Source: Fibrobacterales bacterium
Lineage (GTDB): Bacteria; Fibrobacterota; Fibrobacteria; Fibrobacterales; JAOPTW01
DNA: 64,000 nucleotides
Direction of reading: 5' to 3'
Assembly (NCBI GenBank): GCA_051532055.1
Contig: JAOPTX010000009.1
Location: forward strand, 1-64,000
Shown here: in pieces, positions 17,941 through 28,139 of the stretch
How the letters are laid out: every line of letters begins with the position of its first letter
Numbering within the stretch: the stretch's first letter is position 1
Position numbers and translations under genes: made by a program
Notes under the pieces: model-generated
Database searches by the model: none
Told to the model about the DNA's origin: nothing
What the model saw: only the letters and a program-made list of their open reading frames with translations

Positions 17941-18789
17941 ATGAGGGACGAAACTACTGAAAAAAATATCTATGAATTTCTGGATTACCGGGAGTTTCTA
18001 CGCTATGTATACGAATTGCGTAATCAAACATCACAATCATTCACCTATCGCTCCATTGCTCAAAAGCTTAATATGCATCATAGCTTGGTTGCCAGGATTT
18101 TTAGGGGTGAGCGCCATATTTCTGATAAAAGTATTCATGAGTTTGCAAAAGTAATTGGCCTTAAAAAGTTGAAAAGAGACTATTTCTCCCTACTGGTAAC
18201 CTATGGTAAATCTGACAAGCCAGAGGTTATTAAAGAGTGTTTTGAAAAAATGATGCATTTAAAACCGGTTAAAGTGATGGTAGTCCAGGACTCCGAATAT
18301 CGACTCTTTAAAAACTGGTATTCGCAAGCGATTCATGGAGTGCTCGAGTTTTTTCCATTTTCTGGAGATTATAGAGCGCTCAGTCAAAAATTAAGCCCCG
18401 CAATCACGATTTCTGAAGCCAAGGAAGGGATTGAGGTTCTTAAAAATCTTAATTTTATTGCAGAGGATGACGATGGGAATTGGCGACCTGTTAATGCTCA
18501 CCTGACTTCTGGTGATCGGTGGAAATCTGCGGCGATTCATTCGTACCACAAAGAAATTCTTGCACTTGCTTCAAATTCACTTGATATTCATAGAAAAGAT
18601 CAGAGAGATTTTTCATCACTTACCATTTCAATGGATTCAGAAGATGTTCCGGTAATTAAAGAAATTTTGAAAAAGACTCGTGATACTATTGTAAAAACAG
18701 TTGGGAGAAAGGATGCAGATAAAAGTGATTCTGTTTTTCAGCTCGCTCTCAATTTTTTCCCTATGAGCCGTTTGGAGGTGAAAAGATGA
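17941..18789 (+). CDS. TIGR02147/DUF4423-family HTH protein (cassette 2), close paralog of 1964-2812
   Basis: Shares HSLVARIF, LFKNWY, GNWRP..A.LTSGDRWKSAAIH and QRDFSSLTIS with cassette 1. Confidence 0.85.
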   Translation: MRDETTEKNIYEFLDYREFLRYVYELRNQTSQSFTYRSIAQKLNMHHSLVARIFRGERHISDKSIHEFAKVIGLKKLKRDYFSLLVTYGKSDKPEVIKECFEKMMHLKPVKVMVVQDSEYRLFKNWYSQAIHGVLEFFPFSGDYRALSQKLSPAITISEAKEGIEVLKNLNFIAEDDDGNWRPVNAHLTSGDRWKSAAIHSYHKEILALASNSLDIHRKDQRDFSSLTISMDSEDVPVIKEILKKTRDTIVKTVGRKDADKSDSVFQLALNFFPMSRLEVKR

Positions 18790-20108
18790 GAACCTTATTA
18801 CTCTATTGTTTTATGGTATGTTTTACAATCCTTATTGGGTGTAGCTTGCCCGAGCCTGGTCCCACTGCTGGAACAACAATCGAAACGACAAATGGCATTG
18901 CAGGTGTTGTGACCACTGAAAATTCAACACCTGTTGCTGCAGCGCTTATATCTATGAGGCCCAAAGGTTATTTACCTTCAACTGTGGGTACCGATAGTAT
19001 AGTGGTAATGTATGAGGCGTTTTCAGATAGTATTGGATATTTCTTAATTGACTCTATTGCTGATGGTGAGTATGTTGTTGAAATTATTGCATCTGATTCC
19101 TTGGCTACCTTCTTTACCGTTACATTTTTTGGTGAACCAGAGATTGTCGAAGTTGAACCGGTTGTGTATCCTTTGTCTCAGGTGAGTGGTGGCCTTGCTG
19201 ATACAACGGCAGCTATGCAAAATGGAGAAGTAAAGGTTGAAGCCTATGGGTTTGATAGGTCTACAGGTGTTGACTCTGTGGGGCGCTTTGAAATCGACCT
19301 CCCTGCCGGCGACCACACGTTACGTGTTGTATATGATTTTATGTCAAGTGAAGGGTACGACCTCCCGCCTCTAACAACGGCGCCTGGTAGTGTAGTGATT
19401 CTTGATTCTCTAGATAAGACCTCCTTAAGTAGTTCCTCTGTGATACATGAGAATGTGTCGAGTTCAATAAATCAAGAAGAGGTTGAATCAAGTGAATGGT
19501 TTTATGTTGATAGTAATGAGACGACTTCTTCACTTGTGTATCATGCGATTATTGATGATTATTTTACTGGTGATGAGAGTCGGGAGCTCACACAAGATGC
19601 TTCGCTCTTTAATCCACAGGGAGAAAGTTATACTGTTCTTTTTAGTTTCCAATATTCAGGGGTTGTGCCTGAGCATCAGTATATATTAACAAAGGGAAAT
19701 GCTGAAAATCACGATGAGGGCTGGAGTTTTTCTATAGAAGAGAAAAGTCTCTTTTTTAGAGTAAATAGTTCTAATACAATGGAGAGGAGGGCGGGGGTGT
19801 ACATGGATGTATCAGGTCTGTCGCTGGATAGCCTCTCGCTCATTGTTGGTGTGGTTGACCGTCAAACACAAACGATACGATGCTATCTTAATGGGCAAGA
19901 ATCGTGCTGGTATGTCGGTGGTATTGGTACTGAAACAAATAGTATTTCAGGGTTTGGCTCTATCAGCGCGAATGCTCCTCTGGTTGTTGGAGGGGGGTAC
20001 CAACAGGATAGTGCTTATTTTTCAGGGATGGTATCAGAAATTCAAATTTACAATTATGCATTACACCCAGAAGAGATACTCAACATTTCTAAGGAATTAA
20101 CGAGGTAA
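18786..20108 (+). CDS. Lipoprotein partner of cassette 2 with C-terminal LamG-like domain
   Basis: Lipobox ILIG-C; GTTIETTN; ATGA overlap with the upstream stop; co-linear with 2814-4184. Confidence 0.75.
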   Translation: MRTLLLYCFMVCFTILIGCSLPEPGPTAGTTIETTNGIAGVVTTENSTPVAAALISMRPKGYLPSTVGTDSIVVMYEAFSDSIGYFLIDSIADGEYVVEIIASDSLATFFTVTFFGEPEIVEVEPVVYPLSQVSGGLADTTAAMQNGEVKVEAYGFDRSTGVDSVGRFEIDLPAGDHTLRVVYDFMSSEGYDLPPLTTAPGSVVILDSLDKTSLSSSSVIHENVSSSINQEEVESSEWFYVDSNETTSSLVYHAIIDDYFTGDESRELTQDASLFNPQGESYTVLFSFQYSGVVPEHQYILTKGNAENHDEGWSFSIEEKSLFFRVNSSNTMERRAGVYMDVSGLSLDSLSLIVGVVDRQTQTIRCYLNGQESCWYVGGIGTETNSISGFGSISANAPLVVGGGYQQDSAYFSGMVSEIQIYNYALHPEEILNISKELTR

Positions 20109-20309
20109 TAGAAGTCCCTTTCTTTTGGATGGCTAATTTTGTGATTTACTAAAAGCCTTTAAATATTGTTTTTGGGCTAAAGTATGAAATAAAACACTAT
20201 GAACTCAATGTAAACTTTAGTTAACTTAGTGTTTTAAATACACTATTATATTTCCAAAATATAACTTATAAATAGGGTATCGGGGGATACTGAGAATTTG
20301 GGGTAGGTT

Positions 20310-20705
20310 ATGTATTTTTCAAAAAAAATGTCATATTCAATTATCATTGCTATTTGCGTAATTGGGCTTGGGACATCAAGTATTCTTCTTGCTGAGGGAG
20401 ACCTTGCATTACTCAATAGTTCAGCTTATTATCAGAAGAATGTGGTGAAAGGAGCGCACACTTCATCAATCGAAATGGGGCTTAATAGAGTGATTCATAT
20501 CAATAACTCAGTAAGTAGTATTGAGTTTATAAATACATTGAATGGGAGTACAACAGTTTCTATTTCAAATTCATATAAACGATTTGCTTTTTTTACGGTA
20601 ACTGGGGGCTTAATTGGACAAGGTACTACACAGGGGACCACCTCATTGACTGTACCAGAATATGCTTCACCAGGATTGATTTGTTTAAAGCTTATGGCAG
20701 AGTAA
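20310..20705 (+). CDS. Small secreted hypothetical protein (signal peptide plus sorting-tail-like region)
   Basis: Hydrophobic N-terminus; C-terminus resembles the tails of the GH8 and GH3 proteins. Confidence 0.5.
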   Translation: MYFSKKMSYSIIIAICVIGLGTSSILLAEGDLALLNSSAYYQKNVVKGAHTSSIEMGLNRVIHINNSVSSIEFINTLNGSTTVSISNSYKRFAFFTVTGGLIGQGTTQGTTSLTVPEYASPGLICLKLMAE

Positions 20706-20924
20706 CGAATATTTAGTTGAGCCGTACATTATTTTGACTCCTTCTCTTGTAAGTTATTTCATATTTATACTATCAGTCTCTTTTAATCAGAGTAATTTTA
20801 AATCAATGTAACTCTATTGTTTCATAAGCTATATTTGTTGGTGACTGGTGAGTCATTTTTTGTTTAATATAGTGATAGGTGTCAAAAAAGGGCTTGTAAC
20901 GCATTATAATGTTATTATTTGGCT

Positions 20925-21500
20925 ATGAAGAAAATTTTTATTGTTGAAGACGAAATCGTAGTGGCTAAGGAGCTAGAAGAAATACTTATACGAGCTGAGT
21001 ATGACGTTGTTGGCATAGCTATGTCTTTTAATGCGGCAATTAACAAGCTTTCTAAAGTAGTTCCCGACCTTATTCTCTGTGATATTAATTTAAATGGTGA
21101 TGAAAATGGTCTTGATTTAATGCAAGAAATTCAACAGCATAGTGGGATTCCATTTATTTTAATGTCTGCTCATACTGATAATGAAATATTAAATAGGGCT
21201 TCGGAACTTGCGCCTATTAATTATCTTACAAAGCCGTATAGCGAAGCGCAATTGATCACAAGTATTGCGATGGCCGCAGGGGCAACAGAATCCTTTGATA
21301 AGCCCACTAAAAGAGAAAAGTCTATATTACAGCTTCTAGCTCAAGGCAAGAATAGTAAAGTAATTGGTGAGGAGATTGGCCTCTCTTTTCATACCGTCGA
21401 AACCCATCGAAAAAATATGATGAAAAAATATAATGTTAAATCATCAGCTGAACTCATGTGTTTGGCAACTTCTAAAAAATGGATTACTTTTTCGGCTTAA
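20925..21500 (+). CDS. NarL/LuxR-family response regulator (no kinase in this window)
   Basis: IVEDE, PDLILCDINL and YLTKP receiver motifs; TKREK.IL.LLAQG.....I...LS..TVETHRKN HTH; TATAAT at 20905. Confidence 0.92.
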   Translation: MKKIFIVEDEIVVAKELEEILIRAEYDVVGIAMSFNAAINKLSKVVPDLILCDINLNGDENGLDLMQEIQQHSGIPFILMSAHTDNEILNRASELAPINYLTKPYSEAQLITSIAMAAGATESFDKPTKREKSILQLLAQGKNSKVIGEEIGLSFHTVETHRKNMMKKYNVKSSAELMCLATSKKWITFSA

Positions 21501-21730
21501 CGTTACTTTTTAACAGTATATTGCCATTTTTTTATACAATTATTCTGAAAATGTGCAAAAAATACCCAGATTCAGGTATTGTGAATAGGTCTTATTGGAC
21601 CTATTTTTAATGTTGTCCTTATTTTTCCAGGAGGAAAGGGTGCATTATTCACAAATGAGCATGGTCGGCTCCTCTACTGAAACGACTTCATATTCTTAAT
21701 TAATTTGTAAAACTAAAATTCCTATTTTTT

Positions 21731-21767
21731 AAAAAGCGGCTACTCTCATAAAGTAGCCGCTTTTTTT
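21731..21767 (+). terminator. Rho-independent terminator, about 230 bp downstream of the regulator gene
   Basis: AAAAAGCGGCTACT...AGTAGCCGCTTTTTTT. Confidence 0.85.
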
Positions 21768-22039
21768 ATGCATTTATAAATGTCAACAAATAGGGTGAAA
21801 TGTCATCGGAAAAACCATGGGTATCCGCAATTTACTATGCCGAAGGGTTCATAAATCATATTTTAGTATGTGAGGGAAGTACAATCATTGCACTTAAAAA
21901 ACAGAAGAGGGGTATCTTCAAAATATTGATCTGATACGATGTGAATTAAATCGATGGTGAGCTGAGTTTAAAGGCTCATTGGGTAATGCCACATTAGGTC
22001 AATTTTGGAAATAACTCTTAGTTTTAGGGATACAAAATC

Positions 22040-24946
22040 ATGAATTATTTACCGATTATACGAGCAGTACTCATTGTTACTCTATTTGCTGGATTCGCTG
22101 CAAAATCGATCTTTGCCCAAACATTGGATGATACTATTGATGAATATATCTCAGGTATGAATATCCAAGATAAGTTGTGGCAAATTGCAAATAACGGATA
22201 TATGTCCACTGGAGATCATGATATCCAAGGGGTCCCAGGCATGCTGTTTAATGATGGGCCTCACGGTGTTCGTGCGGCGGCCCTCGGATGGATACCCGAT
22301 GCAACTTCATTTCCATTACCTATTGGAATGGCTGCAATGTGGGATAGGCCTATGTGGTATGATCTCGGTGTGGCAATTGCCGAAGAGTTTCAGGGGTATA
22401 ATATAGATGTGATGCTTGGTCCGAGTATGGATCTCTCGCATAACCCTCAAAATGGACGCACCGGTGAAACGGCTGGAGAGGATCCTTATTTGACGAGTCA
22501 ATTTGCAATTAATGTAGTGCAAGGGGTGCAATCTCTCCCCGTTGTGGCAACAATTAAGCACTATTTAGGGGTTAATAAGCAGAATGACCGCCATGGGAGC
22601 GATATTACCATGACTGAGCAACAGTTGATGGATCATCATGGGTACCACTATCGTAGAGCTATTCAAGAGGGAGGGGCAATGGCTGTGATGTCTTCGTATA
22701 ATCTGGTGAATGGTGTACACACCTCTGAAAATGAACTGACGCTTAAAGAAATTTTGAAAAAACGTTGGGGCTACCCCTTTCTCGTAATGACAGATTGGTG
22801 GTCGGTTTATAATGGTGCAAATACCATCAATGCAGGAAATGACCTCTGTATGGGGAGTGAAGATTTTGGTGAAGAATTGATGATGCCAAATATCGAGAGT
22901 GGCGCAGTAAAAGAGGAAACAGTAGATAAGGCAGTAGCACGAGTGCTCAAAGTAAAAATGCTTACAGGGCTTTTAGATGATGGATATCCCGATCCGGATG
23001 AATCAAAAATTAATACAAGAGAGCATCAAGAGTTGGCGCGACGTGCAGATGAGAAAGGGATGGTACTTCTAAAAAATAATGATGGAATTTTGCCTTTTCC
23101 TAGAGATAAAAAAATTGCCATTATTGGCCCAAGTTCAGATGTGGCCCGTACGAATATTGGGGGCTCGTCCAACTTGACAACTCCTTATAACGTAGGTCCA
23201 AAAGAGGGTATTGAGGCACTGATCGGATCAGAAAATATTACACATGTATTAGGCTGTGCGCTCGATGGTGATGATCGTTCGGGGTTTGATGAAGCGAAAG
23301 AAGTGGCAAAGAATGCTGACTATGTTCTCTTTTTTGGTGGATTGAATGATCAGATTGAAGGAGAAATGGGTCATGAAGGTGATTCGCCTGGTGATAGAAC
23401 CACAAATGACTTTCAGACACCTACAATTCAACGTGAACTCATTAAAGAACTTGCAGCAGTAAACCCAAATATCGTAGTAGTTTTGCAGAGTGGTGGTGTT
23501 CTCGGAGTTACTGATTATATCGATACCATTAAAGGTCTTCTTTACAGTTTTTATACGAGTCAGGAAGGAGGGAACGCTTTCGCAAATGTTCTATTTGGTG
23601 AAGTAAATCCCGCAGGGCGTATGCCTGTTACCATGGCTGTTGATGAAGATGATATGCCTGAGTGGAACGAAGATTTCACAGATGATTTTAATGATGGTTA
23701 CCGTTGGTTTGATGAAAAAGGGACCGATATTCAGTATGCTTTTGGGTTTGGTTTAAGTTATACGACCTTTGAATATAGTAACCTTACGTTAAATCCTGCA
23801 CACCCTCAAGCAGGAGATAGAGTTACAGTAATGTTTGACGTGAAGAACAGTGGGAGTGTTGATGGTGAAGATGTGCCACAACTCTATTTTAGTAATCATG
23901 GGAGTGCCGTGTGGCATCCTAAAAAAGAGCTGAAAAATTTTCAGCGAGTAGCAATAGCGGCCGGGCAAACGAAAAATATTACGATGATTATTGATAGTGA
24001 AGATCTTTTCTATTATGACCTCGCTAAGGGGCAATACAGTGTAGAGCCTGGGAGATATACAGTTAAGGTGGGGCCTTCCTCTGATAGTCTCCCACTTGTC
24101 GCTGAACTAGATTATACGGCAGGTGAAGAAAAATCAGATCTTCGTCCTATTACACTCTACACTTACCCGCGTTATCCAAATGATGGCGAGGAGGTGCTCT
24201 TTGTGGCGACTATAAAAAATTATGGAACTGAAAAAACTAATGCGGGAAATATTGTAGTTAAGTGGAGTGTTGATGGTGAGGACATAGCATTTTCTGCTCC
24301 TCTTTCAGAATCGCTCCTTCCAGGGCAAATGACGATGGTAAGTAGCGACCCATCCCTAGCTTCTTCGGCGAAATGGAGCTATAATTCAGGCGCGACTATT
24401 ACGGTCATGGTGGATGCAAACGAAGTTGAGTCTGAGCTCTATGAGCAGAACAATAGTAGGGACTATACGATTCCTCATACGGGAGCATTTAAAAAGGCGG
24501 CGCTATACCATGAAAAAATTATTAGGGATGCTCCAAGTAGTTCTTCAGAGGGGGAATTGTTATCCAGTTCACTTATGAGTTCATCAAGCGGTGATCTTCC
24601 GCTTGAAAGTAGTGATGTTGAGGAGTCCTCAGCTCAAGAGGGTGAAAGGAACGATGACGAGAGTAGCGAGGTAGAGAGTAGTACGACACCAATCATAGGG
24701 GCTTCTCAGGGTAGGGAGTATGTAGATTTGAGAGCAAATACATTAACAGTTTCCTTGAGTACAGACTTAGCTGTTTATGCGGTATTGCTGTACTCGGTTC
24801 ATGGTGATAAAGTGGCCGAGTATCAAATGAATGCTGATGGCTTTCTTAAGCGTAATGTATCTCATCTAGTGGATGGGCCTTATGTGGTATCTATCCGAGA
24901 GGCAGCCAAAGAACAGACCTTTCTTGTCCTTAAAGTATCTCAGTAA
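22040..24946 (+). CDS. Secreted GH3 beta-glucosidase/xylosidase with Fn3-like and CARDB-like domains, Ser-rich linker and C-terminal tail
   Basis: DGPHGVR, GRTGETAGEDP, KHY, MTDWW nucleophile, FGFGLSYTTF and KELKNF motifs; VDAN.V.E..E.NN. Confidence 0.93.
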   Translation: MNYLPIIRAVLIVTLFAGFAAKSIFAQTLDDTIDEYISGMNIQDKLWQIANNGYMSTGDHDIQGVPGMLFNDGPHGVRAAALGWIPDATSFPLPIGMAAMWDRPMWYDLGVAIAEEFQGYNIDVMLGPSMDLSHNPQNGRTGETAGEDPYLTSQFAINVVQGVQSLPVVATIKHYLGVNKQNDRHGSDITMTEQQLMDHHGYHYRRAIQEGGAMAVMSSYNLVNGVHTSENELTLKEILKKRWGYPFLVMTDWWSVYNGANTINAGNDLCMGSEDFGEELMMPNIESGAVKEETVDKAVARVLKVKMLTGLLDDGYPDPDESKINTREHQELARRADEKGMVLLKNNDGILPFPRDKKIAIIGPSSDVARTNIGGSSNLTTPYNVGPKEGIEALIGSENITHVLGCALDGDDRSGFDEAKEVAKNADYVLFFGGLNDQIEGEMGHEGDSPGDRTTNDFQTPTIQRELIKELAAVNPNIVVVLQSGGVLGVTDYIDTIKGLLYSFYTSQEGGNAFANVLFGEVNPAGRMPVTMAVDEDDMPEWNEDFTDDFNDGYRWFDEKGTDIQYAFGFGLSYTTFEYSNLTLNPAHPQAGDRVTVMFDVKNSGSVDGEDVPQLYFSNHGSAVWHPKKELKNFQRVAIAAGQTKNITMIIDSEDLFYYDLAKGQYSVEPGRYTVKVGPSSDSLPLVAELDYTAGEEKSDLRPITLYTYPRYPNDGEEVLFVATIKNYGTEKTNAGNIVVKWSVDGEDIAFSAPLSESLLPGQMTMVSSDPSLASSAKWSYNSGATITVMVDANEVESELYEQNNSRDYTIPHTGAFKKAALYHEKIIRDAPSSSSEGELLSSSLMSSSSGDLPLESSDVEESSAQEGERNDDESSEVESSTTPIIGASQGREYVDLRANTLTVSLSTDLAVYAVLLYSVHGDKVAEYQMNADGFLKRNVSHLVDGPYVVSIREAAKEQTFLVLKVSQ

Positions 24947-24960
24947 TATCAAATTACTAT

Positions 24961-24984
24961 CATTGAGCTTTTCGAAGCTCAATG
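24961..24984 (+). terminator. Hairpin after GH3 (UUCG loop, no U-tract)
   Basis: CATTGAGCTT-TTCG-AAGCTCAATG. Confidence 0.45.
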
Positions 24985-25218
24985 ATGATTTTGAGTAATC
25001 ATGTAATTGTAAATATTCCATGATACTGCTTAAAAAAAATGACTTATTTCTTACATTTATATATTTAGTTAGCTCAAAAAACTCTAGGTTTGTATTTTGT
25101 CTATGGCTATAGAGTTCTCTAGCTCGTTGTTTTGTAAACTTACGTGTTATTTTTACAGTATGTTTCCAAAATGAATGCATTGTAACTAAATTTTACTCTC
25201 CGAGAGAGGGATTTTGGA

Positions 25219-26058
25219 ATGGACACACCGAACATTTTTAGCTATCGAAATTATCGAGAGTATTTAAAAGAGTATCATGCTTTTCGAAAAAGCATTGATA
25301 AAGCTTTTTCTCATCGGTCGTTTGCAAAAAAAGCAGGGTATAGTTCATCGGGTTTTTACTCCAATGTTGTTCATGGCGTGCACAACCTTACAAAACGCTA
25401 TATCCCTTTGTTCATAAATGGTCTTGAGCTCCTAGGTGATGATGCGCTTTACTTTGAATTGATGGTACATTATACTCACGCTGATTCGCCACAGAGTAAA
25501 CAGATCTACTTGGAGCAGATGATTGACTTAATGCCAAAGACGGTTAAAATGCTCAAACAGAACCAGAGTGCCTTTTATGAAACATGGTATCATGCGGTTG
25601 TATTGGCGGCTCTAACCATCATTGATATTGTTGATGAGTACCAAGAACTTGCTCAATTTATTAATCCTCCAATTAAAAAATTAGAAGCCAAGCGTTCTCT
25701 TCTACTGCTTAAAGAATTAAAGCTTATTGATAAGGATGACCAGGGGTTTTATAAGCCTGTTGATCAGAAGCTCTTTGGTGGTGAGGAGGTTGGAGTGTTT
25801 AAAATTCATCAGTTTCAATCGCAAATGATGACTCGTGCAATGCAGGCACAGGAGATGTTTACACCAAAAGAACGGTATATTACTACAAAAACTATTTCTG
25901 CTTCGAAAGATGGATTAGAACGAATAAAAAAAATGGCTCACTCTTTCGCACTAGAGGTTGATAGAATATCTCATGCTGATGTTAATTCTGATCAGGTGCT
26001 TCAGCTTAATGTACAGTGTTTTCCATTGACCCAAAGCCGAGAGGGGTATGATGAATAG
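25219..26058 (+). CDS. TIGR02147/DUF4423-family HTH protein (cassette 3)
   Basis: IFSYRNYREYL, FSHRSFAKKAGYSSSG, WYH and QLNVQCFPL motifs. Confidence 0.85.
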   Translation: MDTPNIFSYRNYREYLKEYHAFRKSIDKAFSHRSFAKKAGYSSSGFYSNVVHGVHNLTKRYIPLFINGLELLGDDALYFELMVHYTHADSPQSKQIYLEQMIDLMPKTVKMLKQNQSAFYETWYHAVVLAALTIIDIVDEYQELAQFINPPIKKLEAKRSLLLLKELKLIDKDDQGFYKPVDQKLFGGEEVGVFKIHQFQSQMMTRAMQAQEMFTPKERYITTKTISASKDGLERIKKMAHSFALEVDRISHADVNSDQVLQLNVQCFPLTQSREGYDE

Positions 26059-27466
26059 GTGTTTATTTAATTTGTTGATTGTATCATTTATCATTTTAAT
26101 AATTACTGGGTGCTCAAACTCAGACGACTCTTCAACAGGAATAACAATAGATACAGGTAATGTTATTACTGCAGAAATAGAGAATGCTGATGGCTCTATT
26201 CCTGATTCTGTTCAATTGCGAATAGTGCCCTTGGATAGTCTTAATGATTTTAGTCGGCCTGTAGGTGATGTGCTTGTAGCTATAACAGGAGAAGCGGATC
26301 TCGAGGTGTCTTTGGAGGCGCTTTCAGATAGTGATCGATATTTTGTCGAATTTATTTCCTTGGGTAGTGCTGCTTCACATAATTCTACAATTGAAGAGGG
26401 GGACCCCGATTGGGAGCCCGCTAAAGGCTTATGGATACGAGGGGCGACGAAGAAAGAAATTTCTATGATATTACAGAGGCCAATCTATTTGACAGAAATG
26501 CAAACGTTGCAAGGAGTAGTGGATACTGAAGTAGTTCAATCTCCTAAAAAAGTTAGAATTGTGCATACAGATATTATAGCGGATGTCGATGAAGATGGAT
26601 ATTATGAGTTTACACAAGTCCCTCGAGGGAGCTATACGTTGCTCTTTTTGGGTAGCTCTGATGATGAAGAAAATGATTGGTACTCATTGGATACGGTAGT
26701 GAGTGTAGGTCTGAGTGAAGATGTGCTCAGTAGTTCACAAGTGGTACGTGGCCCTAAGAATTTGAGTAGTTCTGATGAAATGCCCTCAAGTCGTAGTACT
26801 GAGAATGAAGTGAGTCAGAGTTCTTCTTCTTCTAATGGTTCAATGAGTAGTAGTGAATTTAATGACCGAGAAAGTATCTCGAGTAGCAGTGTTGGTCTTT
26901 CAAGTGAAGAGGTTGCGGTCAGTAGCAGTCAAAGTGATGGTACCGAAAGTGGGTTAGGTATAGTTTTATCTTCTTCAGAAATGTACTCATCTGAAAGAGT
27001 AGATTATTCATCATCATCATTTGATGGGGAAAGTATTGGAGATGGTGAGTACTCTTCAGCAGTGGGGCACAGTAGTAGTGAGTCGATTGATTTTACCGAT
27101 AGTTTAGATCTTTCTCATGTATTGCCACGAGGGACATATATAGGCCCTTGGCGTAATCCTTATGGTGAATTTGAACAAGACCCCTATCCAGAGTCACTTT
27201 ACATAGGTGTTAATACTCAATTTTTATTGCAGCTCGATCAGAATGGTGAGCCTTGGCTTAAGCTATATGGGAAGTGGAGTCAGATAGGAAATACGATACA
27301 CGTACTTTATTCTGAATGTCACCACATTATTTCTTCCATTCCTTTGAATGAAGAAATTGTTAATTGTCCTGACTGGATTAATGATTATAACCGTTTTTTA
27401 TGGAAAGATGGTAAGCTTTTTTTGGTTAGTGGAATGACACTACAGCAATGGGTGTTTATTGAATAA
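26048..27466 (+). CDS. Lipoprotein partner of cassette 3 with long Ser-rich linker and small C-terminal beta domain
   Basis: Lipobox IITG-C; GITIDTGN; DEDGYYEFTQVPRGSYTL; overlaps the upstream stop. Confidence 0.75.
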   Translation: MMNRCLFNLLIVSFIILIITGCSNSDDSSTGITIDTGNVITAEIENADGSIPDSVQLRIVPLDSLNDFSRPVGDVLVAITGEADLEVSLEALSDSDRYFVEFISLGSAASHNSTIEEGDPDWEPAKGLWIRGATKKEISMILQRPIYLTEMQTLQGVVDTEVVQSPKKVRIVHTDIIADVDEDGYYEFTQVPRGSYTLLFLGSSDDEENDWYSLDTVVSVGLSEDVLSSSQVVRGPKNLSSSDEMPSSRSTENEVSQSSSSSNGSMSSSEFNDRESISSSSVGLSSEEVAVSSSQSDGTESGLGIVLSSSEMYSSERVDYSSSSFDGESIGDGEYSSAVGHSSSESIDFTDSLDLSHVLPRGTYIGPWRNPYGEFEQDPYPESLYIGVNTQFLLQLDQNGEPWLKLYGKWSQIGNTIHVLYSECHHIISSIPLNEEIVNCPDWINDYNRFLWKDGKLFLVSGMTLQQWVFIE

Positions 27467-27679
27467 CAAGTGTTAGCTGATGCTCTTTCATCTACTTATA
27501 TCTTTTTGATTTTAACGTATAGGCAAAGATTATCTAGCTGAGAATTCAGATGTATATATGTATTTGTTTTTACTTGCCAGTCAAGTTTATCATACCTACT
27601 TTTACTTGTGCTAGTGTTCAGTATATACATTGTATGATGAAAATGTATATACTGAAGAAATATAAAGATGAGAAAGAGT

Positions 27680-27973
27680 ATGGAAAAATTTTTAGTCGTA
27701 ATATCCTTTATTGTACTCGGTGTAGGAGCTGCAGTTAATGTCAGTTACTTTGAACAATTTCATAATGTGGATATCTCTCAACTATGGCGTTCAAATGATG
27801 TGGTACGAAAAGGTACAGTTCTCGATCATGTGGAATATGTTGCTTGTGATAAAAATATAGAAGAAGTGAATTCTTGTATAAATCCTCATATTAAAACAGG
27901 TTCTCTCACTGGTAACACAACTCTTATCGAATCTCTTGTCAATGGTGGTTCAATTATGTTGTCCCTAAAATAA
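27680..27973 (+). CDS. Small hypothetical membrane or secreted protein
   Basis: Hydrophobic N-terminal segment; no recognisable domain. Confidence 0.4.
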   Translation: MEKFLVVISFIVLGVGAAVNVSYFEQFHNVDISQLWRSNDVVRKGTVLDHVEYVACDKNIEEVNSCINPHIKTGSLTGNTTLIESLVNGGSIMLSLK

Positions 27974-28139
27974 CTAAATTACTCGTTGCTTTAGGCTTCG
28001 AAAGCTCAAGAAACGGTATCAATTAATACTTCAAAATGTAAACTTTGTATGTTGCATAGTCTTAAAGAGCGGAATCTATTGAATTTATATTTGAGTTAGG
28101 TACTTTGGTTCCCGTAAGCAAGGGCATTCGGGACTGGTA

